From positions 1 to 64,000 of the forward strand of contig JAUCBJ010009063.1 in the NCBI GenBank assembly GCA_032718475.1: a stretch of 64,000 nt of DNA. The letters run 5' to 3'. The DNA comes from Nemertoderma westbladi. Taxonomy: Eukaryota; Animalia; Xenacoelomorpha. Shown piece after piece: positions 24,642 through 37,950 of the stretch (its first letter is position 1; the number at the start of each line of letters is the position of its first letter). Position numbers and translations under genes: made by a program. Below the pieces are notes generated by a model that saw only the letters and a program-made list of their open reading frames with translations, ran no database searches and had not been told where the DNA came from.

Positions 24642-26222
24642 TTCATTTACCACCAGTAACGTAATAGTAACTAACTCTTAAACTGTAACATTTCATTTAC
24701 CACCAGTAACGTATTAGTAACTAACTCTTAAACTGTAACATTTCATTTACCACCAGTAACGTATTAGTAACTAACTCTTAAACTGTAACATTTCATTTAC
24801 CCCCAGTAACGTATTAGTAACTAACTCTTAAACTGTAACATTTCATTTACCCCCAGTAACGTATTAGTAACTAACTCTTAAACTGTAACATTTCATTTAC
24901 CCCCAGTAACGTAATAGTAACTAACTCTTAAACTGTAACATTTCATTTACCACCAGTAACGTATTAGTATAGTAACTAACTCTTAAACTGTAACATTTCA
25001 TTTACCCCTAGTAACGTAATAGTAACTAACTCTTAAACTGTAACATTTCATTTACCCCCAGTAACGTAATAGTAACTAACTCTTAAACTGTAACATTTCA
25101 TTTACCACCAGTAACGCAATAGTAACTAACTCTTAAACTGTAACATTTCATTTACCCCCAGTAATGTAATAGTAACTAACTCTTAAACTGTAACATTTCA
25201 TTTACCCCCAGTAACGTATTAGTAACTAACTCTTAAACTGTAACATTTCATTTACCCCCAGTAACGTAATAGTAACTAACTCTTAAACTGTAACATTTCA
25301 TTTACCACCAGTAACGTAATAGTAACTAATTCTTAAACTGTAACATTTCATTTACCCCCAGTAACGTAATAGTAACTAATTCTTAAACAGTAACATTTCA
25401 TTTACCACCAGTAACGTATTAGTAACTAAACTGTAACATTTCATTTACCCGCAGTAACGTAATAGTAACAAATTCTTAAACTGTAACATTTCATTTACCA
25501 ACAGTAACGTATTAGTAACTAAACTGTACATTTCATTTACCACCATTAACGCAATAGTAACTAACTCTTAAACTGTAACATTTCATTTACCCCCAGTAAC
25601 GTAATAGTAACTAATTCTTAAACTGTAACATTTCATTTACCACCAGTAACGTAATAGTAACTAATTATTAAACTGTAACATTTCATTTACCCCCAGTAAC
25701 GTAATAGTAACTAACTCTTAAACTGTAACATTTGATTTACCACCAGTAACGTAATAGTAACTAACTCTTAAACTGTAACATTTCATTTACCCCCAGTAAC
25801 GTAATAGTAACTAACTCTTAAACTGTAACATTTCATTTACCACCAGTAACGTAATAGTAACTAATTCTTAAACTGTAACATTTCATTTACCCCCAGTAAC
25901 GTAATAGTAGCTAATTCTTAAACTGTAACATTTCATTTACCACCAGTAACGTATTAGTAACTAAACTGTAACATTTCATTTACCCGCAGTAACGTTATAG
26001 TAACAAATTCTTAAACTGTAACATTTCATTTACCAACAGTAACGTATTAGTAACTAAACTGTACATTTCATTTACCACCATTAACGCAATAGTAACTAAC
26101 TCTTAAACTGTAACATTTCATTTACCCCCAGTAACGTAATAGTAACTAATTCTTAAACTGTAACATTTCATTTACCCCCAGTAACGTAATAGTAACTAAC
26201 TCTTAAACTGTAACATTTCATT
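24642..26222. repeat. 50-bp minisatellite, about 32 copies
   Basis: Unit TTTCATTTAC(C/A)CCAGTAACGTA(A/T)TAGTAACTAACTCTTAAACTGTAACA. Confidence 0.97.
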
Positions 26223-28363
26223 AATCTTATTATTTTTCTTTAGATTGCGGTTTCCATATATACTATTTAATAAATAATAAAATAAATAAATTCACCAGAT
26301 TCTAGAAAATGTTATTTACGTACGAATCAAGTGAGTGAGTGAGTTGAGAATCAACAAATACAATAGGTCTTGTAGATAGCACGAACTTAGTTCCAATTGA
26401 ATCAAATTTAGTTTATTTAATTCATTAATTTATTATCCAGTCCACTAGGTGGAACTTAGTTTTCAATGGGACTAAATTTTCCAGAGACACAAATTGCAAC
26501 TGACTACGGAGAATCGGATAATAGACAAATAACACATAAGATAAAATATAATATGAGGGATGAGTGAAATGTGTCAAAATCTCCTAGCTAAAGAATATTT
26601 TGCACCTCAGATATTTTATACTGAAGTCGATTAAGTATATAAATAAAAAAATTTACTAAAAAAAAATAGATTAAAAATGGATAATACTCATTCCATAAAA
26701 TTATCCTCTTTCAGATCAATTCCTATCGATAAAGCAATTGCTTACACATTGGTACAAATGATTTTCTATCAAATTATTTAATTACATTAGTACTTATCAA
26801 ACAACAATCTGCAATAATTTTTACTCAGGGTCTTTAGCAAAACGTAACTGTTACCAAAAATACAAACATAAATACATTTTATTTTTTCAAATGTGAACTG
26901 AGGCTCACTGTGATTTTTAACATGGGCACAAAATGTGTAGCCCCTCAATTACAACAATTTGTATAATCATAATTCTTCAAAATAAATATAATTATTAATA
27001 ATCAATTTTATGTTATATATATTTTAGAATTTATTTATTATTTTTATTATTATTATAATTTATTATAATTTATTTTCACAGGCCTAAAAATTATCATAAG
27101 TAATAAGCTTATTATATTCTAAGACCATTATTATTTATATCCCGTGGAATTAACCCAAATTCTCCCACACCCAATTAATAATAATAATGAATATCGAATG
27201 GGAACAGCTAGCAAATTAGGCCTTTGTAGTTTCCTGATTTTAAACCTATAGATTACAGGAAAGTTTCATAGTAATTACTTCAGGTACTTCGGGTAACTGA
27301 ATTAAAAATGGTATCATGCATCACTTATCATATAAAAATATTATACTGATCTAGCTAGTACTGCTAAGGCCTACGATCCAATGAACCGTTGATAATAACT
27401 TTACACACCATAGCCAATGGGAGGAGAAGATCTTCTCCTGGTATATAGTAAAATGCAGATGTCGGGAATAACACTTATGACATAGAATGGTAAAACATAC
27501 TATTCTCTGCCGGATTCAGAATTCAATATTCAAATAAAGAAAAAAAGTGAGTAAATTTAAATCAAACAAAAGTAATACTAATAGGAAGCATGTATCCAAC
27601 TAAATAATGAATATGGGTTCTATGAATTGAATATATTATAAATAACAGAAAATAAAGTGATCCAATTCAAAAATAAATGAAATAGAACCTGATGGGATTG
27701 TGCTTCAAATTAGGATTTGATTAGAGAACCAAGCCTCTTATCTTACTAGATGTACAAAGTTGTGGTTGAAATCTGTAGTCCAGTCTAAATGAACCTCGGA
27801 CAATTTGAAACAAAATTTAATTAAATATTTTCTAGTCCCAAATCAAATCGGTCAAATTCGAATTAATTGTTTGAACTTAGCTAAAAAGACCATGATGAGA
27901 ATATATATTTTTATACAGGGAACATATAATAATAATAATGTATTTCTATCGCGCCTTTTACAGGTTATTTCAAGGCGCTAATTGGATAAGCATTATTGCA
28001 ATCAATGCTTCTAAAAGTACGTTAGATATATTCATATTTGTTTAATCGAACCTTTCAACCATTTCACCTATTGTTATGAGGTAGTGCATGCCGTGAGATT
28101 CAAGGAGGGGATCAGTAATCTAATCTTCTCATTTCCAATAACTCTCATCGATTATGCTGCCATGCATTACTTATATAACAATATTGTCTAAAAATATTTT
28201 CTATTTATGTGCAGGTTAAACAACCCCCCCCCCCCCCCCCAACCCCATTTTCGACATCAGTTACTTGAATGTTCAAATTATGAAATAATATTTTAGTGAT
28301 AATAAATTCAAAATAAATTACAGACAGAAATCAAAAATAACGTACGCACAATATACTCATACG

Positions 28364-28740
28364 TACGGAGCCTCTAAAGGGACATGCAAAATATATATTT
28401 TTCTATGTTGTGCGCACTACTTAGTATCTTGTGTACACAACTTAATATCTTGTGCGCACAACTTAGTATCTTGTGTACACAACTTAATATCTTGTGCGCA
28501 CAACTTAGTATCTTGTGCACACAACTTAGTATCTTGTGCGTACATCTTAGTATCTTGTGCGCACAACTTAGTATCTTGTGCGTACATCTTAGTATCTTGT
28601 GCGCACAACTTAGTATCTTGTGCACACAACTTAGTATCTTGTGCGCACAACTTAGTATCTTGTGCGCACAACTTAGTATCTTGTGCGTACATCTTAGTAT
28701 CTTGTGCGCACAACTTAGTATCTTGTGCGCACAACTTAGC
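28364..28740. repeat. 21-bp tandem array (about 16 copies) preceded by a MITE-like terminus
   Basis: Unit CTTAGTATCTTGTGCGCACAA. Upstream TACGGAGCCTCTAAAGGGACATG looks like a TIR, but no partner TIR was found. Confidence 0.85.
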
Positions 28741-29479
28741 TAAGTTGTAATACAAGTAAGCAAGTAAGCTTGTAAACAAGTAAGTAAATTTGTTATACAA
28801 ATTTTGTACGACTAAATTGTTAGGCAAATATATGATAATACATGGAACTTTCGAACGCTTATATTTCAGCTACTTCTCAATGTAATTAAGTTTTACTCCA
28901 TAATTATATTAAAAACAACGTTACATTTCTATAAGATTTAATAAGTATTATTATTATTATTATTATTCTATTATTTTCCATATTCGTACGTTTAATCTAA
29001 TGAAAACCATAATAATTTCACTATTAAACGAACTGGGGGGCATGAGATGTGAGTTAAACCAGCAAGTAAACTCATTTGGTGGTGGGAGGTTAACACCTGT
29101 TATAACAAGTGAATAATATTGTTTATATAGAATAGGATGTTTGGGGATGTTTCCAGATATATAATTACTTTCATTCAATTAAATTGTTTCTAAGTTAACG
29201 ACATAATAAATACTTTATCGTTCGACATAACAGTAATTAACTGGTTTTACACGTATACATACACGTTACTTCGTGGCTCACCCCAGGAGACTGCTTACCG
29301 TACCGGTAGCATAATAATAATATATATTCCTCTGGAGATTATTATTAAACAACTCTCGTCCAAAATTTGCTTATTTCGGACTCCTACATTTTGGTGACCC
29401 AGACTTTGAACTACAAGTTTTAAGATGGAACAATCCGACATCCAAGCCCTTGTTCACGCAGTCAAGGACCTTCAACGCC

Positions 29480-30430
29480 GTCGTCTATGGTTTCGTTGAT
29501 TGGGATATTAGTAAATAAAGATTTAACATCAACTGCAGAATGTGCATTTGATTGGTAAATTTGAGTTTAGATACAGCGTCAGTGACGGATAATGTGTAAA
29601 AGAAAATATTTCGATAGTCTGTAAGTATTTGTGTGGCGTGTTTTGTTTATAGCAGAAAGTATGGGGCATAAAAGAGTACCGTTTTTATGGATTTTTGAAA
29701 GTCCAAATAGTGGAGCTAGTGGAGTACCTGTTGGTGCTAATCTGATAAAAGTATCACGATTAATTAGTTTTTCATTATCATGTAGTGTCCATACCCAATT
29801 CCTAAATTGATTCATAAATATTTTGACAGTTGTTTTATATTATGTCTGCACAGGTGCAATAAGATTCTGCTTCCTCCACCTCAATATTAAACATTAAACT
29901 AAGCTTTTTCTCTCTATTATGTATTACATTTTACCATTCTCATTTCAGTGGCAGGAATTTAGATTTGTCCTTCATGATCTCGTTCATCTTCTCCAGATAA
30001 TTCGATTTGATTTGAACCACGGTCCGCGTTGCCTTTGTCTGCCCGGGTGATGACCAGATCAGAATTGTTGGAGAGTGACTTCAATGCGAGTTAGAGAGAA
30101 AGGGTTGCATATGGGATTGGTAAGTGTACGCTGCCGCCATTACAATGTCTTTGAGTTTAGTTTTAAATGGTTCATGACCTATCAGATTAGTTTCGTGTTT
30201 TACATTACGGTAAAGGCTTTCAAATACTGGTAAGTAGTCAGTTATGTACTATCAATCGTCTAGGTGGGAGTGAGTAGTTTAGTCGCCACGGCCGATCGTT
30301 CAATATCCGATATTTGGTAGTCTGATATGTTTATTACGATTTTATTCGAGTCCAGTTGTTGGGGGCTTCTGGATTCGTTGCAGAGTGACTAGTTTATTAG
30401 TTTGTCGTTTCTTAATTTCTTTATCCTTAA
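29480..30430 (-). pseudogene. Degenerate Penelope-like retroelement (N-terminus and RT)
   Basis: Minus strand gives VINISDYQISDIE, DLVITRADKGNA, APLFGLSKIHKNGTLLCPILS...TYRLSKY and VDVKSLFTNIPINETI. Confidence 0.85.
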
Positions 30431-30481
30431 ATAAAGAAATTAATAAACGACTAACTAATAAACTAGTCACTCTGCAACGAA
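30374..30481. repeat. Near-perfect 108-bp palindrome
   Basis: TTCGTTGCAGAGTGACTAGTTTATTAGTT...ATTTCTTTAT / CCTTAA / ATAAAGAAAT...AACTAATAAACTAGTCACTCTGCAACGAA. Confidence 0.92.
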
Positions 30482-30574
30482 CCTTAATTTTTTATATCGT
30501 AACAGGAAATTTGAAAATTAACTTAAATTTTCTTAATTTTTTCTTGGGGCCAAATAAAATACATTATATTTTGC

Positions 30575-31550
30575 CTAAATAATTGTGCTGTCATCAGCAT
30601 AAAGTATTACTTACATTGTAGACTAATTGATGAAACCATGTCATTGAGGTAACAGAGAACTGTTAAAGGACCCAAAATATTATGCTGGGAATCCCCCCAC
30701 ACTGTACTGTTTGAATTCAGAATGAGATTTGTCAACCTTTACTACTTGCCCCATATCACCATTATACCATCAGGTATGAACTGAACCATTCTATAGAACC
30801 CGCTCCTACCCCCATTAATTGAAGCACATCGCACAGAATCCCGTGGTCAACTGTGCCAAAAGCTTTTTAAAGTATAGCATGATTATGCCAGTATATAGAC
30901 AGCTAGAGTTATCACTAGAGTTAATTCGCTAGAGTTAATTAAACACATGTCGGTTGAATACTATTTTTGAAAAGCAGATCGATGCTCATATATGATATCA
31001 TGTTTTTCTAAATATGATTCTATAGTAACAGGTCTGTAATTACCAGGATCAAATTTACTATTCTTTTTGTACAACGGAATTACCATAGCAACAACCTTTT
31101 AAGTTCATGCGTTTATGAATAATTTTAGATTATCTGAATATTTGTTTAAATAGAAATTGTTTATGATCTCAGAATTTATCGAGAATTTCTTTTTTGCAAC
31201 TGGAAACTTTTCTACTAGCTTGTTAGCTACATTTACATAAAATTAGTTGAAAATATTTGTGATTTGATTTAAGATTTGTTATCGGTATTAGTGTTTCTTT
31301 GGTAATTTTACTGAATTAGGCCTAATAGAAGTAATTAAAATAACAAGTTCCAGTGCAATCTTCGATGACTGTGAAGAAAAACGTATGGTTGACAGAATCA
31401 GAGATGTTACTTTTAGAGAGGGTCGTGATTCTGTGACATAATCAAACTGAACTCAAACCAAAACGGCCCTTTTAAGGCCAACATCCTTTGCCACTATCGA
31501 GGAGCTCCCCTTGCTGCAAAGGGGAAGCATGGCTGTAAATCTGATGACTA
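30575..31550 (-). pseudogene. Degenerate CR1/L2-group LINE RT fragment
   Basis: KAFGTVDHGIL, NILGPLTVLCYLND and LYADDSTII on the minus strand, with frameshifts. The upstream boundary is approximate. Confidence 0.7.
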
Positions 31551-32650
31551 ACGCCGGATAAATTATATTTTTTTAATTGAGATTAAATCACAAATATTGA
31601 AAAGTAAGATAGGTTTAAAGAATAGCCTATAAAATTTGTATACTTTTGTATTGGACCCTAAATTTTTGCATGCAGGCTCAGAATTAAATTATATTTCTAA
31701 TGGTATATTACACTAAGGTGCATGTCTCGCAGTTTTGGCTGACCAGGGGGGGGGGGGGGGGAATCATTATGGATCACCCGGTACAAAGTTCCCGTCCACT
31801 TCAAGAACAATATAGGCTTGATATTTATAAATAATGAATAAATATGTTTGAATTAATTAATTAAATATGTACATTCAGCATCTCATGAATATATTCGTAT
31901 AAGTTATATTTAACACATATATATCTATCTCTATTTTATTTTGCCGAATCAGCCGGTTTTTTGTACTGAATCGCGATAGTTTCGGTGACGCCACTTCTAT
32001 ACATCCTGATTTGTGTACTATTCCTTCAGGTCATGGGCTGAATATTTAAAACTGTGGAGCCTTCCTTTCCTATACATAGAAGATGGAAGCTGTAAATAAA
32101 TGTCCGGTAAGCAAATTGAATTTATGTCTTCGTTAAATATGCAAAGATATCCCCCTCAAGGCGACAGCTATATAATAAACCAGCATAAATTACAATGCAA
32201 AGCTATAGTATGTACTATAAAAAAAGTAATGCATGGCGAAGTATATGGGTAATAATGCGGATTACTATTGTCAATCCATTACATAGGGCTTGCTTGTGAT
32301 AGTTTTCAGCATTGGGATTAAATGGACTCCGTTAGTCCTCAACTTTCCTGCCAAGAGCACTGTTAAAAATTAATGGCAGGTTTGAATTATAAAGACAAAT
32401 TTGCTGTAATCACGTTTCTGCAGTTACTAATAACATGTTCAGAATATTAATGATATCCATTTAATTCGTAGTATAATGGGTTAGATAATTTTCCAATGCT
32501 TAAGTGCGAATAATAATGTATTTTGTATATATTATTTTCCGAAAAGACTACGATGTTGCACATTAACAATAATTGAGATTAATTATAATGCTGTCGGCAT
32601 TTATTCATCTGCTTTTCAATCAATTGTTAATGGTTTGCAATATACTTTAA

Positions 32651-34225
32651 CCCTATTAGTACCGGGCTATAAAATGCTGTACAAATACCGGGGGGGGGGG
32701 GGGGGGGGGGGTCATATTGACCCTTCCCTCTAAAATCTACAAATATTAACGAAAACGTCTAATTTTTTGTGTGTACGTAGGTATCACTAGTCTGGATCCG
32801 ACCGAAAAAAAAAATTTTCGAAAAAATGTACTGGGGTGGTAATATTGCAGCAACAAAATTACAAGTAGTGCACAATTTTCACAAAATTTGAAAGTTACAT
32901 TTTTCTGCTAATTGTTTTTCAATACAGGTTTTCTGGGACGCAAAATACTTTGGAAAATATTTAAAAATGGTATAATTACCATAAATGGCTGTTTAGTCCT
33001 CTATGCGTAGGAAAAAAATGAAAAAAACAAGTAACTAGCACTTTTCAGTTAGAACACAAAATTTTTAATTCACTTATACGATGCTATAAATTTATATTTT
33101 CAGGTTTTCTAGGGCGCTGATTCTAATGGAATACATTTCAAATATGCCAGATCATTGCTACTTGTATTTTTCGGCGTAATTTGGCAAATTTTGGTGCTAG
33201 CACCAAAATTTCGTACCCATCACCAAAAAGTACAAGTTTGCGATGTCCAGTGCTGTTTTTATTGATTCCAATGGATTCAGGACGCTCATAAACCCGTATA
33301 ACGCAAGAAACAAGATAATACTATCTTCTGATCAATTTGTTTATTTTCCAAAATTTGGTGCTGGCACAACAATTTTCACCCACCGGCGTAAAATACAAGT
33401 TTGAAAACTCGTATGAAATTTTTACTGATTCCATTGAATTCAGAACCCTCACAAACCCGTATAAAGCAAGAAACAAGATGACACAATCAATTGATGTATT
33501 TGATGGATTTCAAATTTTGGTGCTAGCACCATATTTTGCACCCACTTCCGAAAAATACAAGTTTGAGATGTCTAGTTCGATAATTATATATTCCATTGAA
33601 TTCAGAACAGCCATAAACCTCTAAAATGCAAGAAATAAATTGTCACAAACAATTTTATCTATTGAATAGATTTTCAAAATTTCGTGCTAGCACCAAAATT
33701 TGCACACAGCACCGAAAAATACAAGTTTGATACGCTTGGTGCAACTCGTATATATTTCATCGAAACCACAACCCCAAAAAACCCCAATTGCGTAAAAACA
33801 AGTTTCAAACAATCAATTTACAAAATTGACATATTTCAAAATTTGGTGCTGGCACCAAAATTTGGCACCCGCCGAAAAAAACAAGTTTGAAATTTCTAAA
33901 TCAATTTACATGAATTCCATCCAATTGCTAACACCAAAAAACCGGTGTAAATCAAAAATAGAGATGTTACAATTAATATTTAATGAAATGTAATTTTCAA
34001 AAAACGTCTCAAAAAATGTGCCAAAAGTAGGGTTAAAAAATGGTGCTATAACTCGAAAACTACTCAATATTTTTGAAAACCGTTTTCACTATTAGGAAGA
34101 CAATAGATTTTTAGGAAAAGTCATACAATTTCAGATTCCCAACTGCGTTTGTTTCAGAATTATAATAAAAAAACCACGGGGGGGGGGTCATATTGACCCC
34201 CCCCCCCCCCCCGGGTTTAATAGGG
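32651..34225 (+). mobile_element. Complete non-autonomous piggyBac-like element (1575 bp)
   Basis: TTAA TSD at 32647-32650 and 34226-34229; TIR CCCTATTA..ACCGG / CCGGGTTTAATAGGG; subterminal palindrome GGGTCATATTGACCC at both ends; about 163-bp internal repeats; no transposase. Confidence 0.9.
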
Positions 34226-34360
34226 TTAATAGTAAGAATACTTCAATCTAAACTTTTAAGTTGGGATGCATTGAGACTAAGGGTTGTTTGCATAGTATAA
34301 TAGCAAATATGAGAATATCGTTTTGAGAATACGTCGGATGGCTCATCCAATATTATATGA

Positions 34361-34408
34361 GTGGACCTCATTTCGAACAGAGCGAGCTCTGTTCGAAATG
34401 AGGTTCAC
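34361..34408. repeat. Hairpin/palindrome with about 23-bp arms
   Basis: GTGGACCTCATTTCGAACAGAGC-GA-GCTCTGTTCGAAATGAGGTTCAC. Confidence 0.85.
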
Positions 34409-34635
34409 CCATGCTTCCAAATTATTCACTATAATTATCGCTATTTCGTCTCTCCCAAGTCAAGTTAGTCTACATATGTCATAGACAGTCGTCTATGCAA
34501 GCACCTAACTGATGGTTGGCAGTAAAGTCTTGTATTTGGTATGACCTCATATTTACCGAGCAGAGCGCTCTGAATCATGGTTTGTGTTCACATAGAGTAG
34601 TTATCAATAAGAGCTTGGCGGCAGGGCTAGATTAA

Positions 34636-36205
34636 AGGGGGGGGGGGGGGGGGGGGGGGGGGTATACCCACCCTCAGGTAAAATTTTCAAATTGTTGTTT
34701 CTTTATTTCACCTAGAGCAGAATTTTATGAGGATTACAAATCTGAAAACCGCTTAGTGAGACCTCTTTCAGTTCTCGAGTTATCACTGTTTTTCCGTATG
34801 ACGATCTGCAGAGCCGGATCAAGCCTGGTGGGGGCCCCTGTGCACATGATTGGTGGGGGCCCCTGATCGATCAGAGATAGAGAGATATATTTAGATTTAA
34901 ACGATTATTATAATAAAACAAAGAATAATAATACAAAAAAGAATCTAACCAGTATACGTATAGTACTTTATTTAGAAAACAACTTTACGAGCCTTGCGAG
35001 ACGCAAAGTCGTGTATAATATGGACTAAAGCACAACCATGTGCGCTTGGAAGACTTTGTGTTCTTTAGCTTGCGTTCAAACATGTTCACACCACACTTCC
35101 GAGCTACTGAATGTCCCTACTTCTGAACTTTCTGCACTGCGGAGAGTTCAAGTGACTTTGGATCCGCATGCTGTAGCTTGGACACATCCAAGTTAACCAC
35201 AGCATCAATTTGAACGTCAGTAAGTTTATCTGGCCACAGGCCGACATCACATTCTACAAGCAGGACTTTAGGTTCCGTCTCTGGATCTTGTTGCACATCT
35301 ACGTCTCCCTCTTGCACCTTACAGTCCAAGTCCGTACCTGGTAAATAAGGAGCCAGCCCATCACCACCGTCGTCACTCTCAACTTCACTTATTGCTGCCC
35401 CTGTCACTGGTTCAAAGAAAGCTGTACAGTAAGTGGCTGAGTGGCTGTGTTCCTGCAATAGCCGCAGATTCCTTGCGTCTCCTCTCTTTACGTTTTTCAT
35501 ATTTGATTTCGTTTCTTTTCGATGTGTCAGTCTGCTGATTGATCTGCCATAGCTACAGTTAGCAAAACAGTACTGTATATATGTAGTGTAAGTGTACTGT
35601 ATACCTACTACTGTAAGTTCTACTCACAGACTGAACATCAAACTGAAACTTTATAACTTATACGTGTAGGCCTACTCCTACTTGTGAATAACTGAAACAT
35701 GTATGTACTAAACCACTGTCCTTTCTGTATACATGTAGTGTACTGTAGACCTACTACATGTAAGTTGTACTCACAGACTGAACATCAAACTGAAACTTTA
35801 TAGCTTATACGTGTAGACCTACTCCTACTAGTGAATAACTGAAACATTTATGTACTACAACCACTGTCCTTTCTGTATACATGTAGTGTACTGTAGACCT
35901 ACTACTGTAAGTTGTATTCACAGATTAAACATCAAACTGACACTTTATAGCATACGTGTAGGCCTACTCCTATACTAGTGGATAACTGAAACATTTATGT
36001 ACTTATTTATGTACTATATACCTATTTATGTACTAAACCACTGTCCTTTCCTGTAAGTTTTTCTGATTATTTTTTTCATAATTTTTTGAGTGTTGAGTGG
36101 TGGAGGCCCCTCAGTGGTGGAGGCCCCTGTGCACGTGCACACTGTGCACATTGGGTAATCCGGCACTGACGATCTGTCCGTCAAATTGTAAGAAGATAGA
36201 AGACA
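34636..36205 (-). mobile_element. Kolobok-like element end fragment interrupted by a hAT insertion
   Basis: 34636-34808 plus 36177-36205 is the reverse complement of about 11265-11479. Confidence 0.8.
34809..36168 (-). mobile_element. Internally deleted hAT transposon (ZMYM1/TTF-type transposase remnant)
   Basis: 8-bp TSD ACGATCTG at 34801-34808 and 36169-36176; TIR CAG(A/T)GCCGGAT; subterminal GGTGG(G/A)GGCCCCT repeats. Minus strand DVGLWP...FERKLKN...RTWLCFSP is joined to the C-terminus IIHDFASRKARKVVF* (stop 34972-34974). About 150-bp x3 repeat at 35575-36050. Confidence 0.92.
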
Positions 36206-36689
36206 AGAAATTTGCTCTTGTCCAAATACTTGGCCCATGTCGGAGTCTTGCCATTGATGTGTTAGCAAGATGTTCTCTAAGTTAATTAAATTGTTTGATG
36301 TTTTTTTCATTTTTAAAACTGTCTGCTGATTTTCTCCCATCTATTGATGGGGTGCTAACTAACGCCATGTTGGAGAACTGGAAGAAAATTTCGTAAACTT
36401 TTTTCCCTTCCAAATAACTCAACAGTTTCAGGACAACATTATCTTTCAATATATACATACTGGGTAAGATACGAAATTTTGTAACATTTGCCAGGAACTT
36501 ATATTATAGAATCTAAAAAACGCATTATCGAGAAAAAAAACTTGATGCCCAAAAATGACGTCAAATCAAAAATTCAGAAGTGGCATCCGACCTAGCTGGA
36601 TTCTACTTTAAGTACAAAAATTAGGTGGATGCTGACCACTCATTAACCTAGAATTTCATCTAAACTTAATTTCAAAGAGTTGGAGATCA

Positions 36690-37950
36690 ATGCTGTATGA
36701 GTATGCTCGCACAGTCAATCAGACTATGCTGACCATGTACTTCTACAGTTACATGCAGCCCACTCTTGCATACCAAGGACACATTCGACTGTCCTATAGG
36801 TATCAGGATACCCAAGTTATTTTCAATAATATGTCCAGGAAGATATCATCTGCTTCCATAAGCATACCTGTCTTAACATCAGCTGGCAATGCAGGTTATC
36901 ATATCGCTAGATGGGTAAGCAAGTGAGGCAAATAAAATACATTGTCGCAGCTTATTGTCAACATCTACTAATGTAGTGCAATCTCGAAACATACAGCACT
37001 TTCACTCAGCACTAAATCCCACGTATGGTAAATGTATACACCATTCAGAACTCATCCCAGATGGGTGAGAATTTCATGATGTACTACCAAATAGACAGGG
37101 GATGTATGGGATATGTAATTATATTTGCCCAATCTGTGGCCATCACATAAATACTGCACTCATGACAAAGCTTTCATAGAGTACAATCATTTCGAAGCAA
37201 ACATATGCAGACTGGACTTTATTTAAGAATGTGAACCAGCCTACATATACATAGGCAATATCAAAGCCAAGTGGAATAACACACTCTCATTGTCTGCACC
37301 ACCTTGCAGCAGATCAAATTCCTGGACTCCATACATATCGTTTATCTGGCTGGATTATCTCTAAAGAGAACCAATGGAAATTCAGGCATAGAATGAATGA
37401 TACTTCAAAACCATGGACCTGCCCGAAGGCTATCATCCAATGGGGAGTGAGCCAATGCAGCTCTAGCTGTGGGTGCACATTGCATGTTAACAATCGTCCC
37501 CCCATGGTCTCACATATGCAGTAAAAGCCCATCACCCCATCCACCCTCTCATTGCGCTTATTTGCAATAGTAAATATTGTGTTTGCAAAATTTATTATGG
37601 TTTCAGGTAAAATATAGAATACTGTAATTTAATAATATTTGCAGCAAGCTGCTGCCACACCAGCAACTGCGTGATTGAATCTTCGTGAAGGGATCATCTG
37701 CTTGGCTGAACTTCAAGCCATTTGCTTGAAAGATACCCACCTTAACATTGAAGAGTTCCGTGACACATTGTGTCTCTGTTATGGATGGATGCTACCTAAT
37801 CTGGCTTTTCATTGTACCTGTTGGGCGTGAGTTTCTTCGACCCATGTGGTGTTGTGCCCCACTAGAGGGTTTCCTTCTATCTGGCACAACGAGATCCGCG
37901 ATTTCTTGGCTAACACCTTAATGGACCATGAATACAAAGTGTGGGTGTGG
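36690..37950 (+). pseudogene. Degenerate CRE-like retrotransposon fragment
   Basis: 37690-37920 encodes KGSSAWL...EEFRDTLCLCYGW...CTC...HVVLCPTRGFPSIWHNEIRDFLA (zinc-knuckle region). The upstream boundary is uncertain. Confidence 0.65.

Noticed and set aside
26700-27552. Plus-strand exon candidates (several polypyrimidine-AG and GTGAGT sites; weak lectin-like peptide)
   Set aside because: Stops occur in the frames examined and no consistent gene model emerges.
28374-28827. Repetitive ORFs (CAHKILS, AQLSILC, CAQDTKL)
   Set aside because: They are translations of a 21-bp tandem repeat that is open in several frames on both strands.
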